Shown here: positions 20,993-31,507 of the stretch, one piece after another
Layout: the number at the start of each line of letters is the position of its first letter
Position numbering within the stretch: the stretch's first letter is position 1
Source of the DNA: a virus
Taxonomy: Duplodnaviria; Caudoviricetes
Reading direction: 5' to 3' (one strand)
IMG/VR virus record: IMGVR_UViG_2896054739_000007
Coordinates: 32,001 to 96,000 of that record
Length of the DNA stretch: 64,000 nucleotides
The notes under the pieces: generated by a model
Seen by the model: only the letters and a program-made list of their open reading frames with translations
Told to the model about the DNA's origin: nothing
Database searches by the model: none
Translations under genes and position numbers: made by a program

Positions 20993-21304
20993 TCAATGCT
21001 TTCTTTTTGAATCTTTAATCTTTTTATGTCTTTGTATTTGATAATCAAACTCTTGTAAAGTTTTATCTGTACATTCTAAAATTTCCAAATAAGGAGTAGA
21101 TAAGGTGCCAAAAAGTTCAATCCAATGAACTATAACAATACGGTTTTCTTTATCAATTTTGGGAATTGTATAACCAACGATACTATATTTATATTCATCA
21201 ATAATTTTATCTATTTGTTTCCATATCTTATAATAATCTTGGTTACAATTTATCTCAAAAAGTTTATCACGTTTATTATTCGTATCTACTAAATGTAATT
21301 TCAT
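20993..21304 (-). CDS. Hypothetical protein
   Basis: SD AGGAGG. Confidence 0.6.
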   Translation of the reverse strand: MKLHLVDTNNKRDKLFEINCNQDYYKIWKQIDKIIDEYKYSIVGYTIPKIDKENRIVIVHWIELFGTLSTPYLEILECTDKTLQEFDYQIQRHKKIKDSKRKH

Positions 21305-21635
21305 AAATTTTTCCCTCCTTAAAACTCGTGCTTCAACTACTTAACAATATAGTTTTTATAATTGCTAATATTTTTCTTTTCTGCCATCTCTACAGATATA
21401 ACACGAACACACCAATCTACAAATAAACAATACTGATTGGGTAATTTATCATGCAGATATTTTCTAATTCTTTCAGATAATAATATATGTCCTCTATCAA
21501 TCGCACTGTGAGAATATTCATCTTCGTACTCGTCTTCTCTTAAATATAATTCGTGAGAAAGTAAACCTGTTTCTACATCTTTGACAAAAATGTTATACTG
21601 ATCTTCTACCTCGTAATTCATAATAAACCTCTCTT

Positions 21636-22673
21636 TTATTTTCCAAACAACTCTTCTACACATCTATCCATCTCATATCCCAATTTCACACAATTACCAT
21701 GCGATATATGATTCTTCCATACATTATAGCTTTCATAAAATTTCTCTTTGCCCAATTTTCCACACTTTACTAATCCAACCATTTTCTTAAATTTCTTCTT
21801 AGCAGCACGCTTATTCTCATTCTTCAACTTACGAATCACTTTTCCATTAGAAGTCACATATGTATGAAAACCACAAAACTTAATTCCATTCTTAAATGGA
21901 ATAATCTGAGTTTTTCCATTCAATTCAAGACCTAGTGTATATACAAACTCATAAATTACAGACAAACACCATTTAGCATACTCTCTGTCCTGGACTATCA
22001 AATAAAAATCATCCATGTATCTACCATAGTATTTGACACCAAGCTCTCCTGTGATGAAGTGATCCAACCCTGATAAATATAGAAGTGCATAAACCTGACT
22101 AATCTGATTGCCTAAAGGAAGCCCTACTCCCTCAGTACTATCAATAAACTTCTCACACAGCCAATACACTTCTTTATCTTCTATAAAATATTTCAAAATA
22201 TCCTTCAAAATATCGTGATTGATATTATAAAAGAACTTACTGATATCAGCTTTCACAATCCAACAATCATAACCATACTTCTGATATGCCAAATACATTT
22301 GTGCTTTCAGACAATCTAAGCCAAATAATGTACCTTTGCCAATTTGCCCAGCGTAGTTTGTTTGAATAAACTCATTACTCAACCTTGGAATCAATACATT
22401 ATCACATAGACTATGCTGTACAATTTTATCTACAAATGAGCACGACTTAATGACCCTTTCTTTTGGCTCATATATCGTAAATTCATTGTATTTTGATACT
22501 TGATATGTCTTTGTTTTTAATCTTCTCTTTATTTGATGGATTCCATCAAGAGCTGCTACTTGAAATTTCTGACTGCTTTTTGAAAAACCTTTACCTGATT
22601 TAGATTTTAAAAATGCTTGATACAAATTGCCGAAATCTACTACTTTTTCAAAATCTGATTTATCTTCTATCAT
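21636..22673 (-). CDS. DGR reverse transcriptase
   Basis: ADISKFF, GLPLGNQISQ, RYMDD, FCGF; adjacent TR and avd. Confidence 0.95.
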   Translation of the reverse strand: MIEDKSDFEKVVDFGNLYQAFLKSKSGKGFSKSSQKFQVAALDGIHQIKRRLKTKTYQVSKYNEFTIYEPKERVIKSCSFVDKIVQHSLCDNVLIPRLSNEFIQTNYAGQIGKGTLFGLDCLKAQMYLAYQKYGYDCWIVKADISKFFYNINHDILKDILKYFIEDKEVYWLCEKFIDSTEGVGLPLGNQISQVYALLYLSGLDHFITGELGVKYYGRYMDDFYLIVQDREYAKWCLSVIYEFVYTLGLELNGKTQIIPFKNGIKFCGFHTYVTSNGKVIRKLKNENKRAAKKKFKKMVGLVKCGKLGKEKFYESYNVWKNHISHGNCVKLGYEMDRCVEELFGK

Positions 22674-22792
22674 AATATTTTGTTCCTTTATATTTATCCT
22701 GACATCTTCGTGTTAGGAAAGGTTGTTTATTCTTTTGATATCGGGACTCTAATTTCAGTGTTTCTCTTACTTTCATTCGTCTTCCGATCCAG

Positions 22793-22875
22793 AACGGACG
22801 CACGCCTTTGTCATTCCAGTTGCAGTCGTTATAGTTCACATTGCCATTGGAGTTAACGTATTGAACATAGTGGGT
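22793..22875 (-). repeat. DGR template repeat (TR)
   Basis: Aligns ungapped to 23386-23468; 14 of 17 mismatches are at TR adenines. Confidence 0.95.
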
Positions 22876-22896
22876 CATACAACAAACAACCTAAAA

Positions 22897-23265
22897 TTAT
22901 CTCTCTTTATCTTTTGAACGCCATGCAATACTCATATATTTCACATCATTTATTTGTTTCTGCCAATATCCTACTGTATCACTTCCAATTAATTTCAATT
23001 TCATAGAAAGTTCCACATAACAAGACAACTTATCACAACATGAAATTGCTTTTGTTTGTAATTCTTGGCGTTCCGATTTTGAAGTATCCAATTTCAGCCT
23101 ATTTGCATCAAGCAAATATTCATATATATCCATACAGCGATTTTGGATGCGTTTTACCAATGTTAAATGCTTAACTGGATACCTCTTTCGGTTTGATGTA
23201 ATTGTCATAGTATATTCCATAAGATTTATTGCTTTTACAATAACATCCAGTTTCGCTTCGCTCAC
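22897..23265 (-). CDS. avd: DGR accessory variability determinant (four-helix bundle)
   Basis: 122 aa, basic, RYP..and IAW motifs, located between target and TR. Confidence 0.85.
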   Translation of the reverse strand: MSEAKLDVIVKAINLMEYTMTITSNRKRYPVKHLTLVKRIQNRCMDIYEYLLDANRLKLDTSKSERQELQTKAISCCDKLSCYVELSMKLKLIGSDTVGYWQKQINDVKYMSIAWRSKDKER

Positions 23266-23306
23266 TGGTTTTCCCTGCTCCTTTCAGTTGCTCATCGGCT
23301 ACCTAC

Positions 23307-23324
23307 GGAATGCTGACGCATTCC
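23307..23324. promoter_or_regulatory. DGR homing hairpin downstream of VR
   Basis: GGAATGC-tgac-GCATTCC, 7-bp stem with 4-nt loop. Confidence 0.7.
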
Positions 23325-23366
23325 TAGTTACTGGCTACCCGATAGTTTTTTGCAAGATTCAAAGAT

Positions 23367-24137
23367 TTAAGATTGAAGGATGAAAAACGGACGCACACCC
23401 TTGTCATTCCAGAAACAGCCGTTGTAGCCCACATTGCCACAGGAGCCAACGTACTGAACACAGAGGGCATCGTTTCTCTTCGGTGTCTGATTAGGATTAG
23501 CAAGCCAATACCAATTATCAATCAACGGAATACTTTCACCAAACTTCATAAGCAACTGAATATTTGGGATTGCTAAAATATCGCCTTCAACACTTCCATA
23601 ATCTTTAAATCCATCCATAGAAGTCAAATCAAGAGAAATCGGAACAAGTTTATCTCCAAATTCTTTCTTTAAATCCTCAGACAATTCACTATTAATAAGA
23701 TCATTTCGTACATAAGATTCTACATAATTATTTGTTTTACCAAACTCTGACTTTTTAAGAATTCCATTCATGAAGTAATATGTACAATCTCCATCCTGTA
23801 CACTTGTCCAATAATGCCCGCAAATAAATTTGAACTGTTTTCTCCACTCATTCATATATTCTTCAACTGCATTTCTAAAATCCTGCTCATATCTCTCTGG
23901 GTCTCTTTCGTACCAATCAGGTACAATATCCTGATCGACCTTATATCTCCAGTCTTTTACATTGGTCATTTTATCATTATTTTTAGGAATTAACTCTGCT
24001 CTTACAAATGTTTTAGATGCATTCATGTGAGTATCCTCAATCCCAAGATTCTCTAACAAATCCGAATGACTTTCATTTCCTTCTGGTGCTAAAACAACCC
24101 TGTTCTTCAAAATAATTCCACTTTTAAAATTACACAT
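23367..24137 (-). CDS. DGR target protein with C-terminal CLec/DUF6273-like variable domain
   Basis: WYWLANP...GVRPFF; VR at the 3' end. Confidence 0.88.
   Translation of the reverse strand: MCNFKSGIILKNRVVLAPEGNESHSDLLENLGIEDTHMNASKTFVRAELIPKNNDKMTNVKDWRYKVDQDIVPDWYERDPERYEQDFRNAVEEYMNEWRKQFKFICGHYWTSVQDGDCTYYFMNGILKKSEFGKTNNYVESYVRNDLINSELSEDLKKEFGDKLVPISLDLTSMDGFKDYGSVEGDILAIPNIQLLMKFGESIPLIDNWYWLANPNQTPKRNDALCVQYVGSCGNVGYNGCFWNDKGVRPFFILQS
23386..23468 (-). repeat. DGR variable repeat (VR)
   Basis: AAC>GGC, AAT>TGT, AAC>TTC type changes versus TR. Confidence 0.95.
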
Positions 24138-24408
24138 AATATCTCTCCTTTTCTATTTGTGTGTTTAATATATACTTCTCTTTTTGCACTTGAAAGTTTC
24201 ATTTTATTGACTTCTTGACTAAATTTCCGCAACAATATGTACCAACCATGTCAAAAGTCTGTTTACATTTACATTGTTTCTTCTTTACATCATCATCAGA
24301 CATCCAAACCTGATGTAGTCTGCACCAATATGTAGGATTTTTGCAGATTTTATTGTCAAGCCCCATGAATGGGTGTCTTTGGTCTGCTATTTGGTAGGTC
24401 ATTGGGTA

Positions 24409-24741
24409 TCACTCCAATCTCTGACCGCATTTGTGGCAATAATTACTCCCACCGACCGGTTCTGTGCCGCAAACGGGGCATTCATAACTATTAAAACCGC
24501 AATATGAATCTAAAACCCTTTTCTTCCCCCTCTGCCTTTCCCTTGCCTCCCAGCATTCTTCGACTGTGCCGATTGCTCGGTATTGCTGGATTTCTTCAAG
24601 AGAAGATATGGAAAGAGTTAGTGCATCCGAAAATTTGCAGAAATCCTTCAATTCTTTATCGCTCATATCCTTTCCCCTAGCAAAATTCATTCTATCTTCA
24701 CAAAACTTTGCAATTAGTTTCTTTGCTTCATTCTCCGTCAT
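24409..24741 (-). CDS. Zn-ribbon phage protein
   Basis: CPVC...YCHKCGQ. Confidence 0.7.
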   Translation of the reverse strand: MTENEAKKLIAKFCEDRMNFARGKDMSDKELKDFCKFSDALTLSISSLEEIQQYRAIGTVEECWEARERQRGKKRVLDSYCGFNSYECPVCGTEPVGGSNYCHKCGQRLE

Positions 24742-24787
24742 CCTATCACCTCACACCACAAAATCAAATTTTCATTGACAAAACATA

Positions 24788-25042
24788 CTAATAAAGCATT
24801 TGTCCGCAACCACAATATCCTGGATATTTCATCAAGTTGTGACACTTTGGACAAAAATATTTTCCTTCAATTATTTCTCTTGAAATTGCGACTTGTTTTT
24901 CCAGAGCAATAATCGCTACAGAAATTGCTTGCCCCAATTCACATTCAGTATCGTCAAAACCGCCTACATATCTTCCATCAATCATTTTTGCAGTTTTTGG
25001 ATAATTTTTCTTTAATATTTCTATTGCATCTCTAGCTTCCAT
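24788..25042 (-). CDS. Zn-ribbon phage protein
   Basis: ALEKQ, CPKC...CGCGQ. Confidence 0.65.
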   Translation of the reverse strand: MEARDAIEILKKNYPKTAKMIDGRYVGGFDDTECELGQAISVAIIALEKQVAISREIIEGKYFCPKCHNLMKYPGYCGCGQMLY

Positions 25043-25086
25043 ATAATTCTCCAACCTTTCCACGAAATGAATTTTTCATCGCCTTA

Positions 25087-25662
25087 TTAATTAATCAATT
25101 CCATATCTTTTTCTATTAAACTGTTAATATATTGAGTTATATTTAACCCATATTTTCCACGTTTATCTATTACTTGCTCATACAATCGAATAGGAACAGC
25201 AACATTAATTAATTTTGATGGTTCTTTTGTTTTCGGTCTTCCTGGTCGTCTTTTTGTATTTTGGCATTCAATCCATTTTAATACATCTTTATAAGACTTT
25301 TTACCGCCACTATTTTGTTTTTCAAATGTTGTAAATTTATGTTGCAAGATAGGCTTTAACATTTCTATGTATTTTTGTTCTTCTGAATTTACTTCATTTC
25401 TATCATTTGTTTTCAATTGCTTCATTTTTACAGTATCAAACATCAAATTGTCTATATGTATTTTTAGTCTTGTAATAGGATTAACATTTGTTTGTCCAAC
25501 ATATAAACACTTTTGTTCTTCCATATCATGAGTTTCAAGAACATAAATTATACTTTTATTCAAGTCCCCATCTCTATTACAAGATAAATCAAAATCTAAC
25601 TGAATATGACTATTTAGATTTTCATCAACCTTATAAACTCTTAAATCCTGCACTACATTCAC
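25087..25662 (-). CDS. GIY-YIG domain protein with C-terminal RHH-like domain
   Basis: IIY...YVGQT...R..H; GRPK...INVAVP...YINSLIEKD. Confidence 0.65.
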   Translation of the reverse strand: MNVVQDLRVYKVDENLNSHIQLDFDLSCNRDGDLNKSIIYVLETHDMEEQKCLYVGQTNVNPITRLKIHIDNLMFDTVKMKQLKTNDRNEVNSEEQKYIEMLKPILQHKFTTFEKQNSGGKKSYKDVLKWIECQNTKRRPGRPKTKEPSKLINVAVPIRLYEQVIDKRGKYGLNITQYINSLIEKDMELIN

Positions 25663-25925
25663 TCCTTTACAAGTTCCTTTTCTACAGAATATTTTAAATT
25701 TTCACATACATATCCTTTGTTTAATTCTTCTTCAACCAGCTCTGAAATATCATCGGTAGAATTGTCTGTGATATCTATTTCCACATCTGTATAAAATGAA
25801 CACTTCACCCTAAATCGTCTTTTCATAAATCCTCCGTTTAAACACACTATATACTGTATTTTCTGTGTTTGCTATATACTATATATAGTACATGAGTTGC
25901 CATAAAATGTTAGATTCATTGGGTA

Positions 25926-26339
25926 TCAAATTACATCTTCTGTGTAATCTGATACATCAATTAACCAATTCCCTTCATCATCTTTAACATTAAGTAATAT
26001 TAGCCATGAAACAATTCGATGATATAGAACTTCATAAAATTCTGTACAACCATCCGCATTTAACCATCGTTTTTCCTGAAATGCTTCATCAACAATTACA
26101 TTCTGCCAAAAACTCCTAATTCTATCTGGTGTAAGAAACACTTCTACACATCTGTTAAACCATAAATGAAGCATAAACTTATATGATAAAACAGGAAGTT
26201 TTTCTTTTGGAATACAATAATATTTTCTATAATATGCGTCTAAAGCATCTTCTAATGTTTTATATTTATCCTGATCATAAAGACCTTTACATATCATAAG
26301 AATATCGTTTTCTGTAGTTTTCACTGTAACTCTCCTCAA
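25926..26339 (-). CDS. Hypothetical protein
   Basis: ORF track. Confidence 0.6.
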   Translation of the reverse strand: MRRVTVKTTENDILMICKGLYDQDKYKTLEDALDAYYRKYYCIPKEKLPVLSYKFMLHLWFNRCVEVFLTPDRIRSFWQNVIVDEAFQEKRWLNADGCTEFYEVLYHRIVSWLILLNVKDDEGNWLIDVSDYTEDVI

Positions 26340-26507
26340 ATATTCATTAATGCAATTACATCTGCTACTGAAATATGTTTTTCTTTTGCTTTGCTAATAA
26401 TTTTATCATGATCAGGATCAAATCCAGATTTATCATCACATCCACATTCGCATCCATCGTATTCATCATAACATGTACAGAAATAACACTTATCAAATTC
26501 ATTCATA

Positions 26508-27350
26508 TTACACCTCTCCTACATTCACAAACCGTTCAATATATTCTCTGCCATCACCTTTGAAAATTGGAATATCATAATCAACAATCCAATTATTCTC
26601 ACCCTGTTTCGGATCACGCAATATACACTTTTCCTTTACGCCATCTGATTCAAGAATAATTCGATTTCTAACCACACAGCTCCCACGCTTCTGATATGTA
26701 GGAAAGTCATTCCAATTAATACCTTTCTGAGTCATGAGCATATCCTGAATGTCATTACAAGATTTAAACTGTAACTCCTTATGACTGAAATTTGCTTGTC
26801 CTACCATCTGAATACTATTTCTGGATGCGTCAAGTTGCCGCCAGTAGAAGTAATTTGTCGCTTCTTCTCGTGGAATATTAAAGACTCTGGCATCAAACAT
26901 GGCTCCTGAATAAGCAACCTCAAAATATCTATCCATTGTTTTTGTATTATCAACCTTCAAATCAGACACAGTTTCACTGAATATCCGATTAAAAGCCATA
27001 GTCGCCATACTTGCAGAAATACTACACATTTTCTGTATTTCATAATCAAACCATGCCGACGTTTCAAATCTCTGATAATCAATTAGTAACAAAGAAATTT
27101 CATCTGACTGTGTATAGGCTAATGAGCAACCTTGTATATTCTCGCAAAGATATTTCGCTGTTTCCTGCATTGTCATAATAAGAACATCATCAAAAGGTCT
27201 TTTGAATCCTCTGGTGAATGTATGAAACGCCTTACCATCAATCCGAATCACAACTGGCGTTCTTCTCATTAATTTTGTCTTAGGGATTTCTTCATAAAAT
27301 GTTTTCATTCGATTTCCTAAATCATCTCTCTTCATTTTCTTATCACTCAT
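26508..27350 (-). CDS. tRNA(His) guanylyltransferase Thg1-like 3'-5' polymerase
   Basis: RIDGKAFHTFT, YTQSDEISL, FDAR, WRQLDA.RNS, GINW. Confidence 0.93.
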   Translation of the reverse strand: MSDKKMKRDDLGNRMKTFYEEIPKTKLMRRTPVVIRIDGKAFHTFTRGFKRPFDDVLIMTMQETAKYLCENIQGCSLAYTQSDEISLLLIDYQRFETSAWFDYEIQKMCSISASMATMAFNRIFSETVSDLKVDNTKTMDRYFEVAYSGAMFDARVFNIPREEATNYFYWRQLDASRNSIQMVGQANFSHKELQFKSCNDIQDMLMTQKGINWNDFPTYQKRGSCVVRNRIILESDGVKEKCILRDPKQGENNWIVDYDIPIFKGDGREYIERFVNVGEV

Positions 27351-28029
27351 GACTATTTCTCCTACAGTTCATCAACCTTTTTGTGCATCAAATCCAACAG
27401 TTCCTTTTTCTGTTCCTGTAACTCCTTAATTGCAAGTGCAGTAACCTCAACACTTAATCCACAATTCGATATATAATTCTGCTTCTTGGTAATTTCAAAT
27501 ACTGCACTTTCCAACTCAGCTAATGACATTGGTAGAGTTTTCTTACACTCCTTATCACCAAAAATAATACATCTGCCATAATTCATAATATTTTTCTCCT
27601 TTTCTCTTCAATTTTCCCTTTGAAATGCGGCTTCTATTACATGCATAACATATTCATCAATTCACAGACTGGTGCAAAATAAGGTTTCTGTCTCACCACG
27701 AAATCTTTTTCAAATTCGGAAATCAACTTTTGTAATTCTTCATATTTTTTATTGATTTCGCAAATCCTTTTCTGTCTTTCTTTCTCAAGTTTTTCTTTCA
27801 TTGCTTTACCATCCCGCATTTTCTGCTCATGTTCACAACATTCCTGCTCTGTATTAAATACCTTATTATCATCACTTATATATCTCACTGTTCAATAGCC
27901 TCCTTATTGAAATAAATAATTTGTCCGTTTTCTGTCGAAACGTTTTTTCTTGTTATATTATTCTCCTTCCTCGTTTTGGAATTAACATACTCCTGAAAAT
28001 TAATAATAATTGCCATCTTCTTATCCTCT

Positions 28030-29400
28030 TTATGCACATTTTTTAATATACTGTTCGAAATCATTTTTCATATGTAAGAAATTTCTTTTTTGATCCACAA
28101 AATATGTATTGTTTTTACTTGCGTAATCTGCCATCCATTTATCCAAATCTTTATCTTCTTTATATGAATAAATCATCATTGCCAGTAATGATAATCTATT
28201 TTGTTTATCCAACAATTTGGAACCGATCTTTACCGTATTATCCAGCAACTTATCAAGTGTATCGTTGTAGTCCTCTAAATCATCACTGAATTCATCAACA
28301 TCTATATCAAGATTCTCTACGATAAATTTTTCTACATTGACAGAAGAACAATCTTCACCTGCATTATCTAAAAATTCATTCATAAGAGCATCAATTAATT
28401 CCAATTTATCTGTAATGACTTGTTTAGCCTTAGTACTGCTACTCTGCTTGATCTCGTCAAAAATAAGTCCATTTCTATTTCTACGATTTCCTCTATAGTT
28501 TGTTTTAAATTCTCTTAAGAAATCTGCAAATTTTGTATCACTGACTCCAAGTTTTGTAAATCTATCAAATACTGTCAAAAAGATAAAGGAATCCTTTTTA
28601 TTGAAAATATCTTTAATATCATCTGTAATGATATTCTCTAATCTATGTAAATTCTTTTCCAATATATCAAATTCATTTTCAGTTGCATTATCATTGATAT
28701 ATTTAAACAGTCGCTTTGCCTCCTTAGTCCATGCTTCAAAATGATTCATACACATAATTGTTTCAACAATAATTCTCTCAACAACACCTTTTTCATTATC
28801 GTTATCAGAATAAACATTACATTCTAAGAAAAATCTACTATCCATCATTTTACGAATACGATTAGCAAATTTATCAATATATGTAAACGCCTTCTGATTT
28901 GTATTCATTGAAGAGTGCTCATTGTAACGCTTGATATATGTTGCTATTCTATTTTTGTCACAGTTTTCGTGGATAACTGTCTCAATCTGATAAGCATTAA
29001 ACTTCTTCTTCAATTCTTCTGGAAGCTGATCATAAGTTTTTCCTTTTATATCAAAAGTGGCATCTTCCCAAATAATATTGCCATTTTCATCCTTTACTTT
29101 CTTCTTATATGAAATTAATGAGTTTTCGACAGAAGATGTAATCTTATAATTACCATATCTATACATCATAAAAGCGGCAGTCCTACTACCTCCATCAACA
29201 ATATCTAACTGACTATTATCTTCTTCCGCTAAAATAATAGGAGGAATATAATCATCCGTGAGAATTGTTACAATAAGTCCATTAATTATTGCTTTCCATG
29301 CCGGTTTTCTCTGAGTGTCGGCATTATTTGAAATATCTCCATCTTTATTACCATTTAAATAAGTTTCTAAAGGATATGTTTGTTTTCTAGGTCTTGCCAT
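28030..29400 (-). CDS. DUF262/ParB-like domain protein
   Basis: TQR..W, IPPIIL, IVDGGSRT; SD AGGAGG before MARPRK. Confidence 0.75.
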   Translation of the reverse strand: MARPRKQTYPLETYLNGNKDGDISNNADTQRKPAWKAIINGLIVTILTDDYIPPIILAEEDNSQLDIVDGGSRTAAFMMYRYGNYKITSSVENSLISYKKKVKDENGNIIWEDATFDIKGKTYDQLPEELKKKFNAYQIETVIHENCDKNRIATYIKRYNEHSSMNTNQKAFTYIDKFANRIRKMMDSRFFLECNVYSDNDNEKGVVERIIVETIMCMNHFEAWTKEAKRLFKYINDNATENEFDILEKNLHRLENIITDDIKDIFNKKDSFIFLTVFDRFTKLGVSDTKFADFLREFKTNYRGNRRNRNGLIFDEIKQSSSTKAKQVITDKLELIDALMNEFLDNAGEDCSSVNVEKFIVENLDIDVDEFSDDLEDYNDTLDKLLDNTVKIGSKLLDKQNRLSLLAMMIYSYKEDKDLDKWMADYASKNNTYFVDQKRNFLHMKNDFEQYIKKCA

Positions 29401-29440
29401 TTTAAATTTCCTCCTATTATTTTCAACAATATACTGTCTC

Positions 29441-29998
29441 TTAAAATAAAACTGAAACATTTCTATATGAATGAATAGCAGCATAACAATCTGCATATTC
29501 TTTTTCACTTAATTGTAATTCTTCTCGAATCTCATTTGGAAGATAACCCACTATATTAAGCCTTAATACCTCTTTCTGAAGAGTTGAAAGTCGACTGAGA
29601 TATTGCAACATTCGTTGACTATATCCTTCTTCATTACCTTCAAATAATTCTTTCTCAATAGAGAAATCAGATGCAATCATATCTCCAATAGTACAATTCT
29701 CATCATCCCCAATCGGTGTATCAATTGAAATCGACATTCTATCTGCTTTACGTTTTTCACAATTTCTTCTTGTCATTTCTGTCTTAATTTTATTTAACAA
29801 ACATGAATACAGAAATGCATCAAATGATTGAGAATCATCGTATCTTGCCATTACATCTACAAATACTTCATTAGACAATGAATAAAAGTCATCTACATCT
29901 TTATCTGATAAACCTCCAAATCTCTTTAAAATCTTATCAACTACCTTATGAAGTTTTTTTGCATTATCTGCATAATATTTATTTAATATCTGTTCCAT
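29441..29998 (-). CDS. Phage sigma-70-family factor
   Basis: Region 2 (YDDSQSFDAFLY), SIDTPIGDD, region 4 HTH. Confidence 0.8.
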   Translation of the reverse strand: MEQILNKYYADNAKKLHKVVDKILKRFGGLSDKDVDDFYSLSNEVFVDVMARYDDSQSFDAFLYSCLLNKIKTEMTRRNCEKRKADRMSISIDTPIGDDENCTIGDMIASDFSIEKELFEGNEEGYSQRMLQYLSRLSTLQKEVLRLNIVGYLPNEIREELQLSEKEYADCYAAIHSYRNVSVLF

Positions 29999-30113
29999 AT
30001 TGATACACCCTCTTGAAAATTTTATGTACTATTTATTTCTACATTTCTCTGATGCTCTACTCATGCACTCCTGAAAATTCGGTTCTTTTGTATAAACTTT
30101 GTCATGACATTTT

Positions 30114-30743
30114 TTACACAACACTCTCTGTTTCCTCCTCTTCAACCACTCGATATGTAAATTTTCTTTTTGTTAAGCCTGTAACTACTTTATCAATTGT
30201 ATTTCGATCAAGATTTCTAAAATCCATCTTTAGCACACTTGATAGAACAAGCATCTCATTCTTTATATATCTTCTCTTTTCTCTATTTTCTTTTACCCTA
30301 TTTCTCTCTTGCCACCCTCCATATAAATCAATTTTTCCTTCAAATTCAATTTCATGAATTATATTAATAAATTCTTTGTCTATTTCGGACAATGCTTTGT
30401 TTAGTTCTTTTTTTCGTTTTTGTGCTTCTTTTAAGATATCATCACAAATTCCGAACTTTTCTACCCATTGCTTAATTTGATCCGATACTATATAATTTCC
30501 TCCTTCTATTACACACTTTTCAGCGTTACTATTTAAAATTTCTTTTGGCTGTATATCTGGAATAGCCTCAACTATAAAATTTAATTTTTTTAATGTTTTA
30601 GGCAAATTACTCAGAATATTTTTTGCTTTTGACTGTTCAAATAATGTCTTTTCATGTTCTGCACATGTAACAGGTGTTCCATTTTTATTGAGTCGAATGT
30701 ACAGATTCTTATGATTTTTAATTACATAGTCCATTTTTTTCAT
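30114..30743 (-). CDS. Conserved-looking coiled-coil phage protein
   Basis: IIHEIE, RRYIKNE. Confidence 0.65.
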   Translation of the reverse strand: MKKMDYVIKNHKNLYIRLNKNGTPVTCAEHEKTLFEQSKAKNILSNLPKTLKKLNFIVEAIPDIQPKEILNSNAEKCVIEGGNYIVSDQIKQWVEKFGICDDILKEAQKRKKELNKALSEIDKEFINIIHEIEFEGKIDLYGGWQERNRVKENREKRRYIKNEMLVLSSVLKMDFRNLDRNTIDKVVTGLTKRKFTYRVVEEEETESVV

Positions 30744-30808
30744 CCTTTCTTATAAAATTCCCTAAAAATGGGTATAAAAAATACAGTGTACTTAAAACAC
30801 TGATTTAA

Positions 30809-30882
30809 TGGATTCTCTGGGGCTCAACCCCGGGACTGCTCGGTTACGAGCCAAGTTTTCTAACCGACTGAAATAAGAACCC
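30809..30882 (-). tRNA. Aberrant tRNA, anticodon CGT (Thr), Ile2/Met-like body, degenerate T-arm
   Basis: Acceptor GGGTTCT/AGAATCC, anticodon loop CTCGTAA, T-loop GTTGAGC. Confidence 0.6.
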
Positions 30883-30886
30883 ATAA

Positions 30887-30958
30887 CTGGGCTAACCAGA
30901 TTCGAACTGGTGAATGCAGGAGTCAAAGTCCTGTGCCTTACCGCTTGGCGATAGCCCA
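30887..30958 (-). tRNA. tRNA-Gln(TTG)
   Basis: TGGGCTATCGCCAAGCGGTAAGGCACAGGACTTTGACTCCTG...GTTCGAATC; canonical cloverleaf, no encoded CCA. Confidence 0.95.
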
Positions 30959-31164
30959 TTAATATCTATATTCAACTATTCTCTTTTTGAAACATTTGCA
31001 GAATCGCTTGAAAACACTTGACTTACAACTTGAGTATATGTAATAATATAGTCAACATAGCGTTTCTGCTGTGTGTATGTATTCAGAAGACTCATTCAAT
31101 TCAGAGGTGCTCCAACACCGTTTGTATGATTGAATGGGTCTTCTTATATTTCCTAACAACGATA

Positions 31165-31205
31165 AGTATAGAACATATGTTTCTTTTTGTCAAGAACGTT
31201 TGTTC
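31165..31205 (-). promoter_or_regulatory. SigA promoter with two LexA (Cheo) boxes
   Basis: TTGACA-17-TATACT; GAAC-gttt-GTTC at 31194-31205 and GAAC-atat-GTTT at 31171-31182. Confidence 0.8.
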
Positions 31206-31309
31206 GGTTATTCATTCCATTTGAGGAAACAAAATGTTATGAATAATATTTTTTTCTTTTAATACTACATATAAAGATAAAGTTCCGAAAAAATCATTAT
31301 TTTGATAAA

Positions 31310-31507
31310 GGATACCCTGCTGCATGTGCTTTATACGATGGAACAACTACAAGAATATCTTTTGAAACTCTTGAAAACATTTGCAAAGTACTTAATTGCA
31401 CACCAAACGAAATATTAATATCAGACGATCCTCAATTACAACGTATGCTTATGTATACATCAAAGCTTAATGAATTGCAAAATACTAAAAAGGATACTGC
31501 TCTTTAA
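31310..31507 (+). pseudogene. 5'-truncated Cro/CI-type HTH repressor
   Basis: GYPAACALYDGTTTRISFETLENICKVLNCTPNEIL; no in-frame canonical start or HTH N-terminus. Confidence 0.6.

Noticed and set aside
21636-22673. Group II intron or retron RT
   Set aside because: Short RT with SQ motif, avd and a TR/VR pair indicate a DGR
22660-22878. 72-aa ORF resembling the DGR target C-terminus
   Set aside because: It is the translation of the template repeat, not an independent gene
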